Notes: a model not told the origin generated them from the sequence alone. A stretch of 64,000 nt of DNA from Nitrospirota bacterium (GCA_963845065.1 CAWJQQ010000005.1:224001-288000), one strand, 5' to 3'; shown: positions 1-9,149, counted from the first letter of the stretch. A program made the numbers and translations.

Positions 1-337
1 GCGGTGTCGAAAGCCCAATGCCCTGAGACTCGTTCAATACATCCTGTACTTGTCCCCAGGACGTATTTAGGGAAGCGGATGCGCTCTGCTGTTGCTGTTC
101 GTTCTGAAGCTGGGCCTCTAAAAAACTATTGTAGCTGCGCGTGACGCTTGTAGCCGTCACGCCGTTACCGACCTGGCCGCCGCCGGTACCGGATGTGGAT
201 GCGATTTGAAGCGTAACCGACTCCTCACAATAGTTGGGGGTGTTGACGTTCGCGATATTATTGCTGGTCACGGCGAGTGCGGCCTTGTTTGCGGTAAGCG
301 CCGATTCCCCGATATTATAGAGGCTGGAGATAGACAT
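1..337 (-). CDS. flgK: Flagellar hook-associated protein FlgK (5' part only, runs off window)
   Basis: Manual translation from ATG at 337: MSISSLYNIGESALTANKAALAVTSNNIANVNTPNY...GNGVTATSVTRSYNSFLEAQ; NNIANxNT axial motif; directly after flgN. Confidence 0.92.
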   Translation of the reverse strand, partial: MSISSLYNIGESALTANKAALAVTSNNIANVNTPNYCEESVTLQIASTSGTGGGQVGNGVTATSVTRSYNSFLEAQLQNEQQQQSASASLNTSWGQVQDVLNESQGIGLSTP

Positions 338-793
338 CTAGGCTTCCCTCGACAAACGGGAACCAGATTTATTGGACTGTACGGTCACTCCAATGGAACC
401 AAGAAAGTTCAGTGAATTTTTTACTACCGTAACCGAACGCTCAATCAATACCCGGTTGAAACCGTTTAGTTCAGTGATGCTTTGGAGGAGGGAGATGAGC
501 TGCATCCGCAGTCGCTGAAAGGAATCATCGCCGGTCACCTTGCTTAAAGTCTGAAATGCGGCCTGCTCGTCAATAGCGTGTTCCGCGACAAAAGACTTAA
601 CGAGCCGGATGCGCTCTTCTTCGAGGAGTTTCAACTTGAGGACAACGGTGTCCTTCTCCTTTGAAAGGGTCTCTACTTCCGGCGCATTCAAGTGAAGCAG
701 GCATTCGCGCTCCTGCTGAAGTATATCGAGCAGCATACGGTAAGCGTTGACCTGCTCGGTGAGAATGCACTTTATGTTTTCGTCAGTGCTCAT
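338..793 (-). CDS. flgN: Flagellar export chaperone FlgN
   Basis: 151 aa helical protein with LQQERECL...NxxNRxLI pattern, between flgM and flgK. Confidence 0.88.
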   Translation of the reverse strand: MSTDENIKCILTEQVNAYRMLLDILQQERECLLHLNAPEVETLSKEKDTVVLKLKLLEEERIRLVKSFVAEHAIDEQAAFQTLSKVTGDDSFQRLRMQLISLLQSITELNGFNRVLIERSVTVVKNSLNFLGSIGVTVQSNKSGSRLSREA

Positions 794-1098
794 ATGTTTT
801 TTAGTATCTTGTCAGCAACCTTGCTCGAATCTATGGAATAGGTGCCGGCTTCGACGCTTTGTTGGACTTGCTGGACTTTGTCAGTCCGCACATCCGGAAG
901 CTGGTTGATCGCTGACATAATATCGGCGATTACCTTGCTCCTGCTCGAGATGTCCACCCGGTCCGTTGGGTTCGTATTTTTGGCCGCCGCCGTGTTGTCC
1001 GTTGACTCAACGTTCGAAAGCTTTGATGCGTTTTGCGTCGGCTGGGCAATCCGGTTCAGTCCTTGGCCTTCGGGGGGCGCGCTAGAATTGATATTCAT
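790..1098 (-). CDS. flgM: Anti-sigma28 factor FlgM
   Basis: DRVDISS...PDVRTDKVQQVQQSVEAGTYSIDSSKVADKIL, typical FlgM C-terminus. Confidence 0.95.
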   Translation of the reverse strand: MNINSSAPPEGQGLNRIAQPTQNASKLSNVESTDNTAAAKNTNPTDRVDISSRSKVIADIMSAINQLPDVRTDKVQQVQQSVEAGTYSIDSSKVADKILKNI

Positions 1099-1137
1099 AT
1101 TGAAGTTCTCCTTTGCGAGCTAAGATTTGTGTTTTTC

Positions 1138-1164
1138 TTATCGGCTATTTCCTGAAAAACTTTA
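1138..1164 (-). promoter_or_regulatory. Sigma28 (FliA) promoter of flgM-flgN-flgK
   Basis: Minus strand TAAA-N15-GCCGATAA, an exact consensus match. Confidence 0.9.
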
Positions 1165-1167
1165 ATC

Positions 1168-1917
1168 TTACTTGAGGGTAAGGAGCATGCCGGGGTCAAC
1201 ATTTTGACCCTTATAGGCGACTTCAAAATGAATATGCGGGCCCGTCGATTTTCCGGTTGAACCGACGCGGGCTATAATGGACGCTGAATCTACCTTCTCT
1301 CCTTCTTTTACGAGATTTATCTGATTATGCGCGTACTTAGAAGTAAAGCCATTTCCGTGATCGATGACAACCACATTTCCATATCCCGATTGCTTACCGC
1401 TGTAGAGGACTGTACCCGGCCTGACCGGATGTATATCTGTTCCCTCCGGTGCCGGGATATCAAGACCCTGATGAAATTTTAGCTCTCCACTGAAAGGATC
1501 ATGCCTCATGCCATAGCCGGAGCTGATCCGAGGGCTGGCAACGTCGGGAAGCAGATCCTTGATGTCCGCTAGAACGGACTGCTTCTGCGAGTGTACCTGT
1601 TGGGAAGACGGTGTAATCATTTGGCCCGTATTATTGGCCTTTGCCGAAACTGCTTTTTCAATCATATCCGACAGACCAAGGCCACGCTCGGATAGGACCT
1701 TTGAGAGTTCCATATCGAACATAGACGTGTACGTATCGTTGCCGAGGCCGCCTGTTGACGATGTTCCCGAGGCTTCTCGCATGACTTTTAGCATCTCGTA
1801 GACAAAAAGCGACTCCATCTGTTTGGCTACTGCTTTGATGGCCGCAGGGTCTTTGCTGTTGCTGGGTGTTTCGATATTGCCCAGAAGGGGCTGCTGAATG
1901 CTCAACAGATCCTGCAT
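1168..1917 (-). CDS. flgJ: FlgJ-like rod-binding protein fused to M23 peptidase
   Basis: N-terminal AKQMESLFVYEMLKVMR...YTSMFD rod-binding domain; C-terminal HQGLD and HIH M23 zinc motifs; follows flgI. Confidence 0.88.
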   Translation of the reverse strand: MQDLLSIQQPLLGNIETPSNSKDPAAIKAVAKQMESLFVYEMLKVMREASGTSSTGGLGNDTYTSMFDMELSKVLSERGLGLSDMIEKAVSAKANNTGQMITPSSQQVHSQKQSVLADIKDLLPDVASPRISSGYGMRHDPFSGELKFHQGLDIPAPEGTDIHPVRPGTVLYSGKQSGYGNVVVIDHGNGFTSKYAHNQINLVKEGEKVDSASIIARVGSTGKSTGPHIHFEVAYKGQNVDPGMLLTLK

Positions 1918-3083
1918 CAGATGATCTCCATCTCAGCTTGGAGGGCGCCGGCGGCCTTGAGCGCCTGGAGGATTGATACCAGGTCCCGGGGTGTGACGCC
2001 AAGGGCATTAAGCCCTCGTACTACCTCTCCGAGTGTGGCGCCAGACATTTGCACGAGTGAAGCGTTTTGCTCTTTCACGTTCACGGTTTTTGTTGGCACA
2101 ACCACGGTCTGGGCCGAGCTCGGCGCGTGTGGAGGCGGTTGCGAAACATAGTACTCGGTTTTGATCTCGATGGTCAAGTTTCCGTGGGCAATCGCGACCG
2201 GAGAAATCCTTACATTCTCGCCGATTGTGACCGTTCCCGTGCGCTCGTTGATCACGACGAGCGCCGGCATATCCACGGTCACGTCAAGACTTTCCACAAG
2301 GGAAATCAGTTTGACTAGATTGCCTTGATACTGTTTGGGGATCATTATTTTCACCGTCGTCGGATCAAGAGCCGTGGCGATTGTCTCGTCGCCCAGCGCT
2401 TCGTTGATCTTCCGGGCTACCTCCGTCGCGGTAGTGAAATCCGGTCGCTGTAAAAAGAGCCTGATCTCGTTCCCGGAGCCAAGCGTGAACGGTGGTTCGT
2501 TTTCAATGGTAACACCGCTTGGCACTCTGCCGGCAGTCGTATGGTTCTTTTGGACCGACGTGCCGCCGCCTCCGCCGATAAACCCGCCGACCGACACTGC
2601 TCCCTGCGCCAACGCATATACTTTGCCATCCGGCCCTTTGAGCGGAGCGAGGAGTAGGGTCCCTCCCTGCAGGCTCTTGGCGTCGCCGATCGCCGAGACG
2701 AGGGCGTCCAGCTTCATGCCCGGCTTCGGAAAAGGCGGGAGCGAGGCTGTTATTATGACGGCCGCGACGTCCTTTGTCTTAATATCGCTAGCTGGCACGG
2801 TCGCTCCCATCCGCTTCAGCATATTGACCATGACATCGATCGTCTGGTTGCCTGTGTCACCCACGCCGGCAAGACCGGCCACGAGGCCGAAACCGACCAG
2901 CTGGTTATCTCGCATGCCTTCAAAGCTAGCGATGTCTTTGATGCGCTCGGCGTGAGAGGCAATAGGCAGTAGGCAGAAAATGGCAACCAGGGACAGGCAA
3001 AGAAACACGCGAAGTTGCTGCCATCGATGTGCAGTGTCTACATTCTGCTTTTTATTTTCTGAAGTCCTCGTTAAAATGGCCAT
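1917..3083 (-). CDS. flgI: Flagellar P-ring protein
   Basis: ERIKDIA..G.RDNQLVGFGLV; AKSLQGGTLL; ILQALKAAGALQAE. Confidence 0.97.
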   Translation of the reverse strand: MAILTRTSENKKQNVDTAHRWQQLRVFLCLSLVAIFCLLPIASHAERIKDIASFEGMRDNQLVGFGLVAGLAGVGDTGNQTIDVMVNMLKRMGATVPASDIKTKDVAAVIITASLPPFPKPGMKLDALVSAIGDAKSLQGGTLLLAPLKGPDGKVYALAQGAVSVGGFIGGGGGTSVQKNHTTAGRVPSGVTIENEPPFTLGSGNEIRLFLQRPDFTTATEVARKINEALGDETIATALDPTTVKIMIPKQYQGNLVKLISLVESLDVTVDMPALVVINERTGTVTIGENVRISPVAIAHGNLTIEIKTEYYVSQPPPHAPSSAQTVVVPTKTVNVKEQNASLVQMSGATLGEVVRGLNALGVTPRDLVSILQALKAAGALQAEMEII

Positions 3084-3865
3084 ATTTTATCCATTACTTT
3101 TACAAGCCAACCTGTGTTCTGCTTGTTCTGGAGCTCTCCTTCGCCGACGAAAAAGACCTCGGCGTCCGAGATTCGGCTGCTCAGGACCGAATTGTCCACG
3201 GCGATATCGTTAGGCTGGACAAAACCACGAAGGATGAGTGTCTGTTTTTCGTTATTGAACGTGATCTCTTTTCTAGCCTCGATCGAGAGAATGCCGTTCG
3301 GCATCACTTCGACGACTTTTCCAGTGATCGTTCCCACAATGCTTGCCGCCCTGTCCGTTTCCCCGCTGCCAGTAAAAGCCTCCGTATTAGAACCGTTTAC
3401 TGTTGGAGAGAATGTGTTGCCCTTGCCGAAGAGGTTAGACAGGTTCAGGTTTGTGGGTATGCCTAGCAGGTTGCTGATGCTTGCGTCGACGCTTGATGCC
3501 TTGTTTGCCGTCGTGTCTGCCGTACCAGTTGCGGATATATTTTCTGCGACGTTGATGGTGACAAGATCGTTCAAACGATGCGCCTTCACATCTTCGTACA
3601 GGCTTGCCTTATCGCAATAGAGTGAGTTGATTCCTCTGGCCGGTATCCGGGTATCGTCGGTAGTCTGGTTCTGGTAGACGTACCGCGGCGGGGGCGGAGG
3701 AAGCTTGTGTGTGGTAGCGCAGGAAAATAAGACCAGAAGACAGAGGACAGAGGACAGAGGAAAGATAGTTGCGAGATTCAATATCAGCATTGATGTCTGA
3801 TGCTTTTTATTATTTGTTTCGTCTCTTTTTTCTGACTTCTGCTTTCTTCTTTCCATTTTCATCAT
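3071..3865 (-). CDS. flgH: Flagellar L-ring lipoprotein
   Basis: Lipobox LFSC; VVEVMPNG; C-terminal GWL....DKIWPF; start codon uncertain. Confidence 0.95.
   Translation of the reverse strand: MMKMERRKQKSEKRDETNNKKHQTSMLILNLATIFPLSSVLCLLVLFSCATTHKLPPPPPRYVYQNQTTDDTRIPARGINSLYCDKASLYEDVKAHRLNDLVTINVAENISATGTADTTANKASSVDASISNLLGIPTNLNLSNLFGKGNTFSPTVNGSNTEAFTGSGETDRAASIVGTITGKVVEVMPNGILSIEARKEITFNNEKQTLILRGFVQPNDIAVDNSVLSSRISDAEVFFVGEGELQNKQNTGWLVKVMDKIWPF
3734..3761 (+). repeat. Heptamer tandem repeat CAGAAGA-(CAGAGGA)x3 inside flgH 5' end
   Basis: Read directly; an opposite-orientation arm TTCTGAC-TTCTGCT-TTCTTCT lies at about 3830-3850. Confidence 0.8.
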
Positions 3866-3866
3866 C

Positions 3867-4616
3867 TTAATAGTCCACCTGGATCGTGTCCTGGTCCACT
3901 AACAAACCGGTCACGGTCTTTTTCGATGATAGGTTAATTGCTTTTACGTAATCACCGACCTGAGCGTCCTGGCTGGTTTCGCCCATGACTTTTATAGAAA
4001 AACCCGACGAAGCGACATAAAGAACAACAGGATGGCCCCTTTTCACGATCGGTGTCTCTGACACCATGGCATCGGTAATGGGCATGTTCTGGACGATGGA
4101 GTGGATGAGCGGTTTCCCGATGAGCCGGTTTTCCTCCCGCACGGCGCCCTGCGGGATGCGACAGGTTTCCATCAGCGTCGGATAAATATCGTCCTGGTGT
4201 AAAACGTAGTCTTTTCGCAATGCAGTTCTGCTCATAAAGACCCGATCAAAGGTCTTGATCATCGCTGTTACCGTTATGCTATTGTTCTTTCGGAACTCGA
4301 AACGGAACACTGACCGACCAGGAGGGGTTTTTTCAACAAAGATGGCAGCGGGCGGCTCAGTAGGAGGGAAAACGCTCATCTGGAGATCGCTGATATCCAC
4401 TTCCGCCCAAGGGTAGTGTTTCTGAAGGTAGGTCCTAAGTTCGCTTTCAGGACTCCAGGTTGCGGCAGAAGCAACGGCAGGCAAGATCAGCAAAAAAAAG
4501 AGTGCTAAGCAAACTAAGAGGACGTTGGGCGAAAAAACAGAGTAGATGGGGGAAAAACACTCACTAAGCCCAATATGTTTGTATTCCGTATTCCGCATTA
4601 TGCACTCCGAATTCAT
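3867..4616 (-). CDS. flgA: P-ring formation chaperone FlgA
   Basis: Signal peptide, SAF-like C-terminus VKRGHPV...KAINLSSKKTV; between flgG and flgH; start uncertain. Confidence 0.9.
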   Translation of the reverse strand: MNSECIMRNTEYKHIGLSECFSPIYSVFSPNVLLVCLALFFLLILPAVASAATWSPESELRTYLQKHYPWAEVDISDLQMSVFPPTEPPAAIFVEKTPPGRSVFRFEFRKNNSITVTAMIKTFDRVFMSRTALRKDYVLHQDDIYPTLMETCRIPQGAVREENRLIGKPLIHSIVQNMPITDAMVSETPIVKRGHPVVLYVASSGFSIKVMGETSQDAQVGDYVKAINLSSKKTVTGLLVDQDTIQVDY

Positions 4617-4622
4617 ACCATA

Positions 4623-5411
4623 CTATTGATTCATTTGGTTCACGATCTGTAGCATCTGATCGGAAGCCTGGACGGCCTTGGAGTTGATCTCGTAGGCCCG
4701 TTGGGCCACGATCATGTTTACCATCTCTTCGACGACGTCCACGTTGCTATTTTCAATGTATCCTTGCGAGATGGTGCCGAGCCCGCTGGCCCCTGGGTTG
4801 GCAGTCGTGGGATCTCCTGACGAACCTGTTGGCTGGAAAAGATTCTTGCCGAGAGAGTTGAGTCCTCCGGGGTTTATGAAGTTTGCCAGCACGAATTGGC
4901 CGACCTGCTTCGGCGTCGTGCTACCGGCCTGCGTCACCGATATCTGGCCGTCGGAACTGATGCTGATGTTCGTGGTATTCGATGGAATGGTGATCGTCGG
5001 TTCCAGAGGATAGCCGTCGGAATTAACGATCTGCCCGTCACTGTTGAGCTTGAACGAGCCGTCCCGACTGTAAGCCGTGGTGCCGTCGGGCATCTGGATC
5101 TGAAAAAAGCCGTCGCCCTCGATAGCCGTATCCAGATTGTTACCTGTTTGTTGATAATTGCCCTGTAGAAAAATTTTCTGGACCGAGACAGGTTTTACGC
5201 CCATACCGACCTGGATTCCGGACGGGATTTCCAAGGTTTCCGCAGACGTGGCGCCCGGGGTCCTGATGGTCTGGTAGAGAAGGTCCTGGAAGTCGGCCCG
5301 GCTTTTTTTGAAGCCTGTCGTACTGACGTTTGCTAGGTTGTTGGATATCACGGTGATGCTCAAATTCTGCGCTTCCATGCCTGTTGCGGCGATATAGAGT
5401 GATCTTTGCAT
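4623..5411 (-). CDS. flgG: Distal rod protein FlgG
   Basis: [13 protein letters not shown]...[50 protein letters not shown]. Confidence 0.98.
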   Translation of the reverse strand: MQRSLYIAATGMEAQNLSITVISNNLANVSTTGFKKSRADFQDLLYQTIRTPGATSAETLEIPSGIQVGMGVKPVSVQKIFLQGNYQQTGNNLDTAIEGDGFFQIQMPDGTTAYSRDGSFKLNSDGQIVNSDGYPLEPTITIPSNTTNISISSDGQISVTQAGSTTPKQVGQFVLANFINPGGLNSLGKNLFQPTGSSGDPTTANPGASGLGTISQGYIENSNVDVVEEMVNMIVAQRAYEINSKAVQASDQMLQIVNQMNQ

Positions 5412-6140
5412 TTAGAGGCTCCCTAATTGAGTAGTGACCGTTTTGGTGGCGCTGTCAAACATCTGAATAGCCTTTTGATAAGACTCGAACTCCCGCTGGG
5501 TTTCGATCATTTGCACCATTTCCTTTATGGGATCAACGTTCGAGGTTTCGATATATCCTTGTTTAATTGTCGCTGTCGACGGCGTTCCTTCACCGCTGAA
5601 GGTATACATCCCATCGCCTTCCTCACTCATGGCTGCATCCGGACCGAAGTTCATGATCTTGATGGTATCGATTTGCGTCGGCTGCGTATTGCCTGCCTGC
5701 TCGACCGATACCTTGCCTCCAAGATCGATATTGATTTGGACGCTATCAGCCGGCAACTGTATCGGGCCGCCCGTGCCCATGACCTTGATCCCGTCATGGT
5801 TGGTAAGATAGCCGTCACTGTCCTCTTTGAGGTCTCCCCGGCGCGTATACCGATCACCGTCAAGCGCAATGAAGCCGTCTCCTTCAAGGGCGACATCAAG
5901 TTTATTGCCGGTACTGACGGTGGTACCGCTCGACTGATCGATTTTGGAGGCGGAAAAATCGCTCATGTCCCGACCATCGGGCTCAGTGCCTGTATCCGGT
6001 TGCACGAGATAATCTTTGAAAGCCAGCGTGTCCTTCTTGTAGCCGGCAGTATTCGCGTTGGATAAATTTTGCGTTATCGTATCCATCTGCGTCTGCATCA
6101 ATACGGCACCGGAAACCGCTATATACATTCCTTTATACAT
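5412..6140 (-). CDS. flgF: Proximal rod protein FlgF
   Basis: NLSNANTAGYKKD; YTRRGD; SNVDPIKEMVQMI; upstream of flgG. Confidence 0.93.
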   Translation of the reverse strand: MYKGMYIAVSGAVLMQTQMDTITQNLSNANTAGYKKDTLAFKDYLVQPDTGTEPDGRDMSDFSASKIDQSSGTTVSTGNKLDVALEGDGFIALDGDRYTRRGDLKEDSDGYLTNHDGIKVMGTGGPIQLPADSVQINIDLGGKVSVEQAGNTQPTQIDTIKIMNFGPDAAMSEEGDGMYTFSGEGTPSTATIKQGYIETSNVDPIKEMVQMIETQREFESYQKAIQMFDSATKTVTTQLGSL

Positions 6141-6155
6141 GTCACCCCTTGAAAT

Positions 6156-6171
6156 AGCAAGTCTTATGCCA
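6156..6171 (-). promoter_or_regulatory. Sigma54 -24/-12 promoter of flgF operon
   Basis: TGGCA-TAAGAC-TTGCT on minus strand. Confidence 0.88.
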
Positions 6172-6283
6172 GCAAGCTATATTCTATAGTTTCTCTGTGG
6201 TACTAAGGAAATTAATTGTATATTCAATGCCATCACTGCGAGCTATTTTGCAGAACATGAATGAGAATCGCTCTCTAATGCCC

Positions 6284-6315
6284 GGAAAAAAATTCCCGCT
6301 GAGGTAAAAATTACC
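6284..6315. promoter_or_regulatory. Paired putative enhancer sites (GGxA-N5-TxCC) for flgF promoter
   Basis: GGAAAAAAATTCC (6284-6296) and GGTAAAAATTACC (6303-6315), 19 bp apart; a similar pair precedes fliK and flgB. Confidence 0.6.
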
Positions 6316-7395
6316 TCAGGCCTGTTTAGCGTTCAGCTCCAAAGTAAGGTCCACTTCGCCCTGTGGCATATTTAGGGCCGCTGCGATTTCTGTTGTTGAG
6401 AGTCCTTTCTGGCGCAGGGCAAAGATTTCATGCTGGCGACCCGAGTCTCCCCAGTGGGATTTAACAGTTTCCGCCCTGCGAGCCAAAAGTTCCAGGGCGC
6501 CCAGCTTTTTATCAATCGATACTTCAAGCGACTCTACATTCTGTATTTTCTGCTCCAGCACGCCAGCCTTTTGGATCAACTGGTCGAGGAGGACGGTTTT
6601 TTTATCGATCAATGATTCGCGCGATGTGGCGTCCTGAATTTTTTTCTGCAGCATATCTTCGTGCCGAATCAGTTCTTCTACGGCAGACACCTTTTTGTCC
6701 AAAGCTGCCTCGAGTGTAGAAAGAGCGCTCGACCGTGTTGTTTCCGATTGTTTTATCATCTGTTGGAATTCAGCAATCTTCCGTTCCAACGATGCTTCGC
6801 GCTCGGCAAGAGCCTGAGATCCAGCAGACACCTTTTTGTCCAAAGCTGCCTCGAGTGTAGAAAGAGCGCTCGACCGTGTTGTTTCCGATTGTTTTATCAT
6901 CTGTTGGAATTCAGCAATCTTCCGTTCCAGCGATGCTTCGCGCTCGGCAAGAGCCTGAGATCCAGCAGACACCTTTTTGTCTAAAGTTGCCTCGAGTGTA
7001 GAAAGAGCGCTCGACCGTGTTGTTTCCGATTGCTTTACCATCTGTTGGAATTCAGCAATCTTCCGTTCCAGCGATGCTTCGCGCTCGGCGAGAGCCTGTG
7101 ATCCGGCAGCTTCGGATCTCCGGATCATATTTTTGAGCACGTCTATTTTTTTGTCCAGAGATTTATCGATTGCAGATGATGATAAGTTTACCTCAGCCCG
7201 CTGTATCAGCTGCTGAAGCAGCGATATTTTTTTGTCCACGTTCGCTTCGAGCGTTTCGACAGTCTGGATTTTTTTCTCCAGTTTATTGAAAATGAGCTCC
7301 GAAATGTCCTTGATTTCGGACAGCTCGAGCGTCAGCAGATTCTTTTCTTTTGTTGCCGTCATTTTTGCGTCGGCTGTTATCACGTTCTTTCCCAT
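6316..7395 (-). CDS. Coiled-coil protein with C-terminal HTH-like domain (DUF2802/DUF6115/SwrB-like)
   Basis: C-terminus EIFALRQKGLSTTEIAAALNMPQGEVDLTLEL; three internal 47-aa repeats. Confidence 0.7.
   Translation of the reverse strand: MGKNVITADAKMTATKEKNLLTLELSEIKDISELIFNKLEKKIQTVETLEANVDKKISLLQQLIQRAEVNLSSSAIDKSLDKKIDVLKNMIRRSEAAGSQALAEREASLERKIAEFQQMVKQSETTRSSALSTLEATLDKKVSAGSQALAEREASLERKIAEFQQMIKQSETTRSSALSTLEAALDKKVSAGSQALAEREASLERKIAEFQQMIKQSETTRSSALSTLEAALDKKVSAVEELIRHEDMLQKKIQDATSRESLIDKKTVLLDQLIQKAGVLEQKIQNVESLEVSIDKKLGALELLARRAETVKSHWGDSGRQHEIFALRQKGLSTTEIAAALNMPQGEVDLTLELNAKQA
6683..7109 (-). repeat. 3 x 141-bp near-identical tandem repeat (in frame, 47 aa)
   Basis: GCAGACACCTTTTTGTC recurs at 6683, 6824 and 6965. 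Confidence 0.97.
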
Positions 7396-7396
7396 A

Positions 7397-7543
7397 TCAG
7401 ATCTTTATGTCTATCTTTCCTGATTTCTCGAATTCTTGCTTTGGTTCCTCTTTCTTTGCCTGTTTCTTCTTACGCTTGAGGGTTGCATTTTCTTCACGTC
7501 GTACGATCGTCTCGCCTATCTTTCCCGGAGGTTCTATCGGCAT
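7397..7543 (-). CDS. Small basic hypothetical protein (48 aa), flagellar-cluster associated
   Basis: MPIEPPGKIGETIVRREENATLKRKKKQAKKEEPKQEFEKSGKIDIKI; AGGGGG RBS; stop 1 nt before next ATG; below ORF-track cutoff. Confidence 0.7.
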   Translation of the reverse strand: MPIEPPGKIGETIVRREENATLKRKKKQAKKEEPKQEFEKSGKIDIKI

Positions 7544-7659
7544 CGTCTGGATCCCCCTGTTTGTCTTACCATGGCCTGCTCATTACAATGCAAGAAATGG
7601 CGTTTTGGATGACAATTACAATGACTGTTTTATGACGGCCATACTTACATAGCTTAAGG

Positions 7660-7675
7660 AGCAAGAGGCATGCCA
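7660..7675 (-). promoter_or_regulatory. Sigma54 promoter
   Basis: TGGCA-TGCCTC-TTGCT on minus strand. Confidence 0.8.
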
Positions 7676-7847
7676 TAGTGACATTATATTCAGAAACTCT
7701 TAGATTCTGTGAATAATTTTTATTAAATTACGATATTAGCATATAAAGTCTTGGTATTTTAGGATGTTATGATTCAATGGAGAATTTGGCTTGAAAACGA
7801 AGATTGGTATTGTGGGCTTGTTCGGCAGAAAGAAAATATTCAATTGA

Positions 7848-7863
7848 TGTCAGTATTTTGACG
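7848..7863. promoter_or_regulatory. FleQ-box-like palindrome TGTCA-N6-TGACG
   Basis: TGTCAGTATTTTGACG; weaker copy GTCAGGATATTGAG at 7901-7914. Confidence 0.6.
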
Positions 7864-7962
7864 AGTAAACATAATTCTATCTTTTGCTGAATCATGATAG
7901 GTCAGGATATTGAGATAAAAAAAATTCTTACTGGTTACAAATAAAATTGCACCTGTCATTGA

Positions 7963-8835
7963 TCAAGAGGCAAAAAATTTCTCTATGTCGTCCCGTGCAG
8001 CGTTGAATCTTTCATTAATGGTTCTAAGTTCATCCTTGGTCAGGGAAAATTCGAGGAGGATGGCATTATGTTCCTGCGTCCAGATCCCATCGTCCTCCAC
8101 GCGTGGGTTGAACATCCTGGTAAATGCCTCAGCGAGGGAAACCAGAGAAACAAGGTTCATCTCATCGGGAGTGGCAGACGGCTTATGGTGGTACTTTATC
8201 GACAAAACGATACTGTTCGGCAGACCTATTTCTTCGGCAAACCATGCTCCGGCGTCCGCATGAGTGCAGCCAAAGACTGTAGTTTCCTGCTCGAGCATAG
8301 TATCCGTGGTCTCAATCGTCTGGAATGATTCATGGTCTAAGCTGTAAAACACGATGCGACCGATGTCGTGAAGAAGTCCTGCCAAAAATGATTCCTGCAT
8401 AGTTGTAATGGCTATTTTCTCGGTAAGAATCGAGGAAAGGAATGCCACCTCATAGCTGTGGAGCCACAGATTTTCAACACGGAACGACCCGGAGTACGGG
8501 AAAAAGTTTATGACCGTCATACCCACGACGATGGACTTGATCCTGTCAAGGCCGAGAAAGAACAGCGCCTGATGAATGTCCTTGATCTGTCCGGAATGCG
8601 CAAAGAAAGCGGAATTCGCGATTTTCAATATCCGTTGAGCCATGGCGGGATCATAGGATATCAACTCGCATAGGTCCTCGGTTGATTTTGTTTCATCTCC
8701 CACGAGGGCAAGGATTTTGCCCAGCAAGGCCGGGGTTGTGGAAAGATCGTGGAGTTGTTTGATGAAGCGTTTTACGTCGCTATTCGTCATCGGCTTCCCG
8801 AATGAATCCTCATCTCCCTTCGTTCTTTTCGGCAT
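7963..8835 (-). CDS. HDOD domain protein
   Basis: DPAMAQRILKIANSAFF; LWLHS; FLAGLLHDIGR; HADAG; HH. Confidence 0.93.
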   Translation of the reverse strand: MPKRTKGDEDSFGKPMTNSDVKRFIKQLHDLSTTPALLGKILALVGDETKSTEDLCELISYDPAMAQRILKIANSAFFAHSGQIKDIHQALFFLGLDRIKSIVVGMTVINFFPYSGSFRVENLWLHSYEVAFLSSILTEKIAITTMQESFLAGLLHDIGRIVFYSLDHESFQTIETTDTMLEQETTVFGCTHADAGAWFAEEIGLPNSIVLSIKYHHKPSATPDEMNLVSLVSLAEAFTRMFNPRVEDDGIWTQEHNAILLEFSLTKDELRTINERFNAARDDIEKFFAS

Positions 8836-9018
8836 ATCTGATAGAGAACTTTAATTCTGAAAAAACGCACACCAATTTATTCTCTGTTCATCGTCTGACA
8901 GAGCGTTTGTCTCAGCATTTGCTGAAAACTCATGACTAGATCTTCGGTTCCGTGCCGCAGCAAGGTAATAGCTTTCCCTTGCATTTTTACCGTAATGGGT
9001 GCCGTCCGTATCCCTAGG

Positions 9019-9050
9019 AGAAAAATTTTCCTTCTAAGGCAAAAAAGACC
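9019..9050. promoter_or_regulatory. Paired putative enhancer sites for fliK promoter
   Basis: AGAAAAATTTTCC (9019-9031) and GGCAAAAAAGACC (9038-9050), 19 bp apart. Confidence 0.55.
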
Positions 9051-9149
9051 ACATACGAAAACAATAATACAAACGTCGTGCGGCGGAAAAAAGACATTTC
9101 CATAAGGATTTCAAATAAATAAAAGCTAAGTCATTAACAATATATTCTC

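Noticed and set aside
6683..7109. Regular direct repeats as a possible CRISPR array
   Set aside because: 141-bp contiguous in-frame units with no unique spacers and no cas genes
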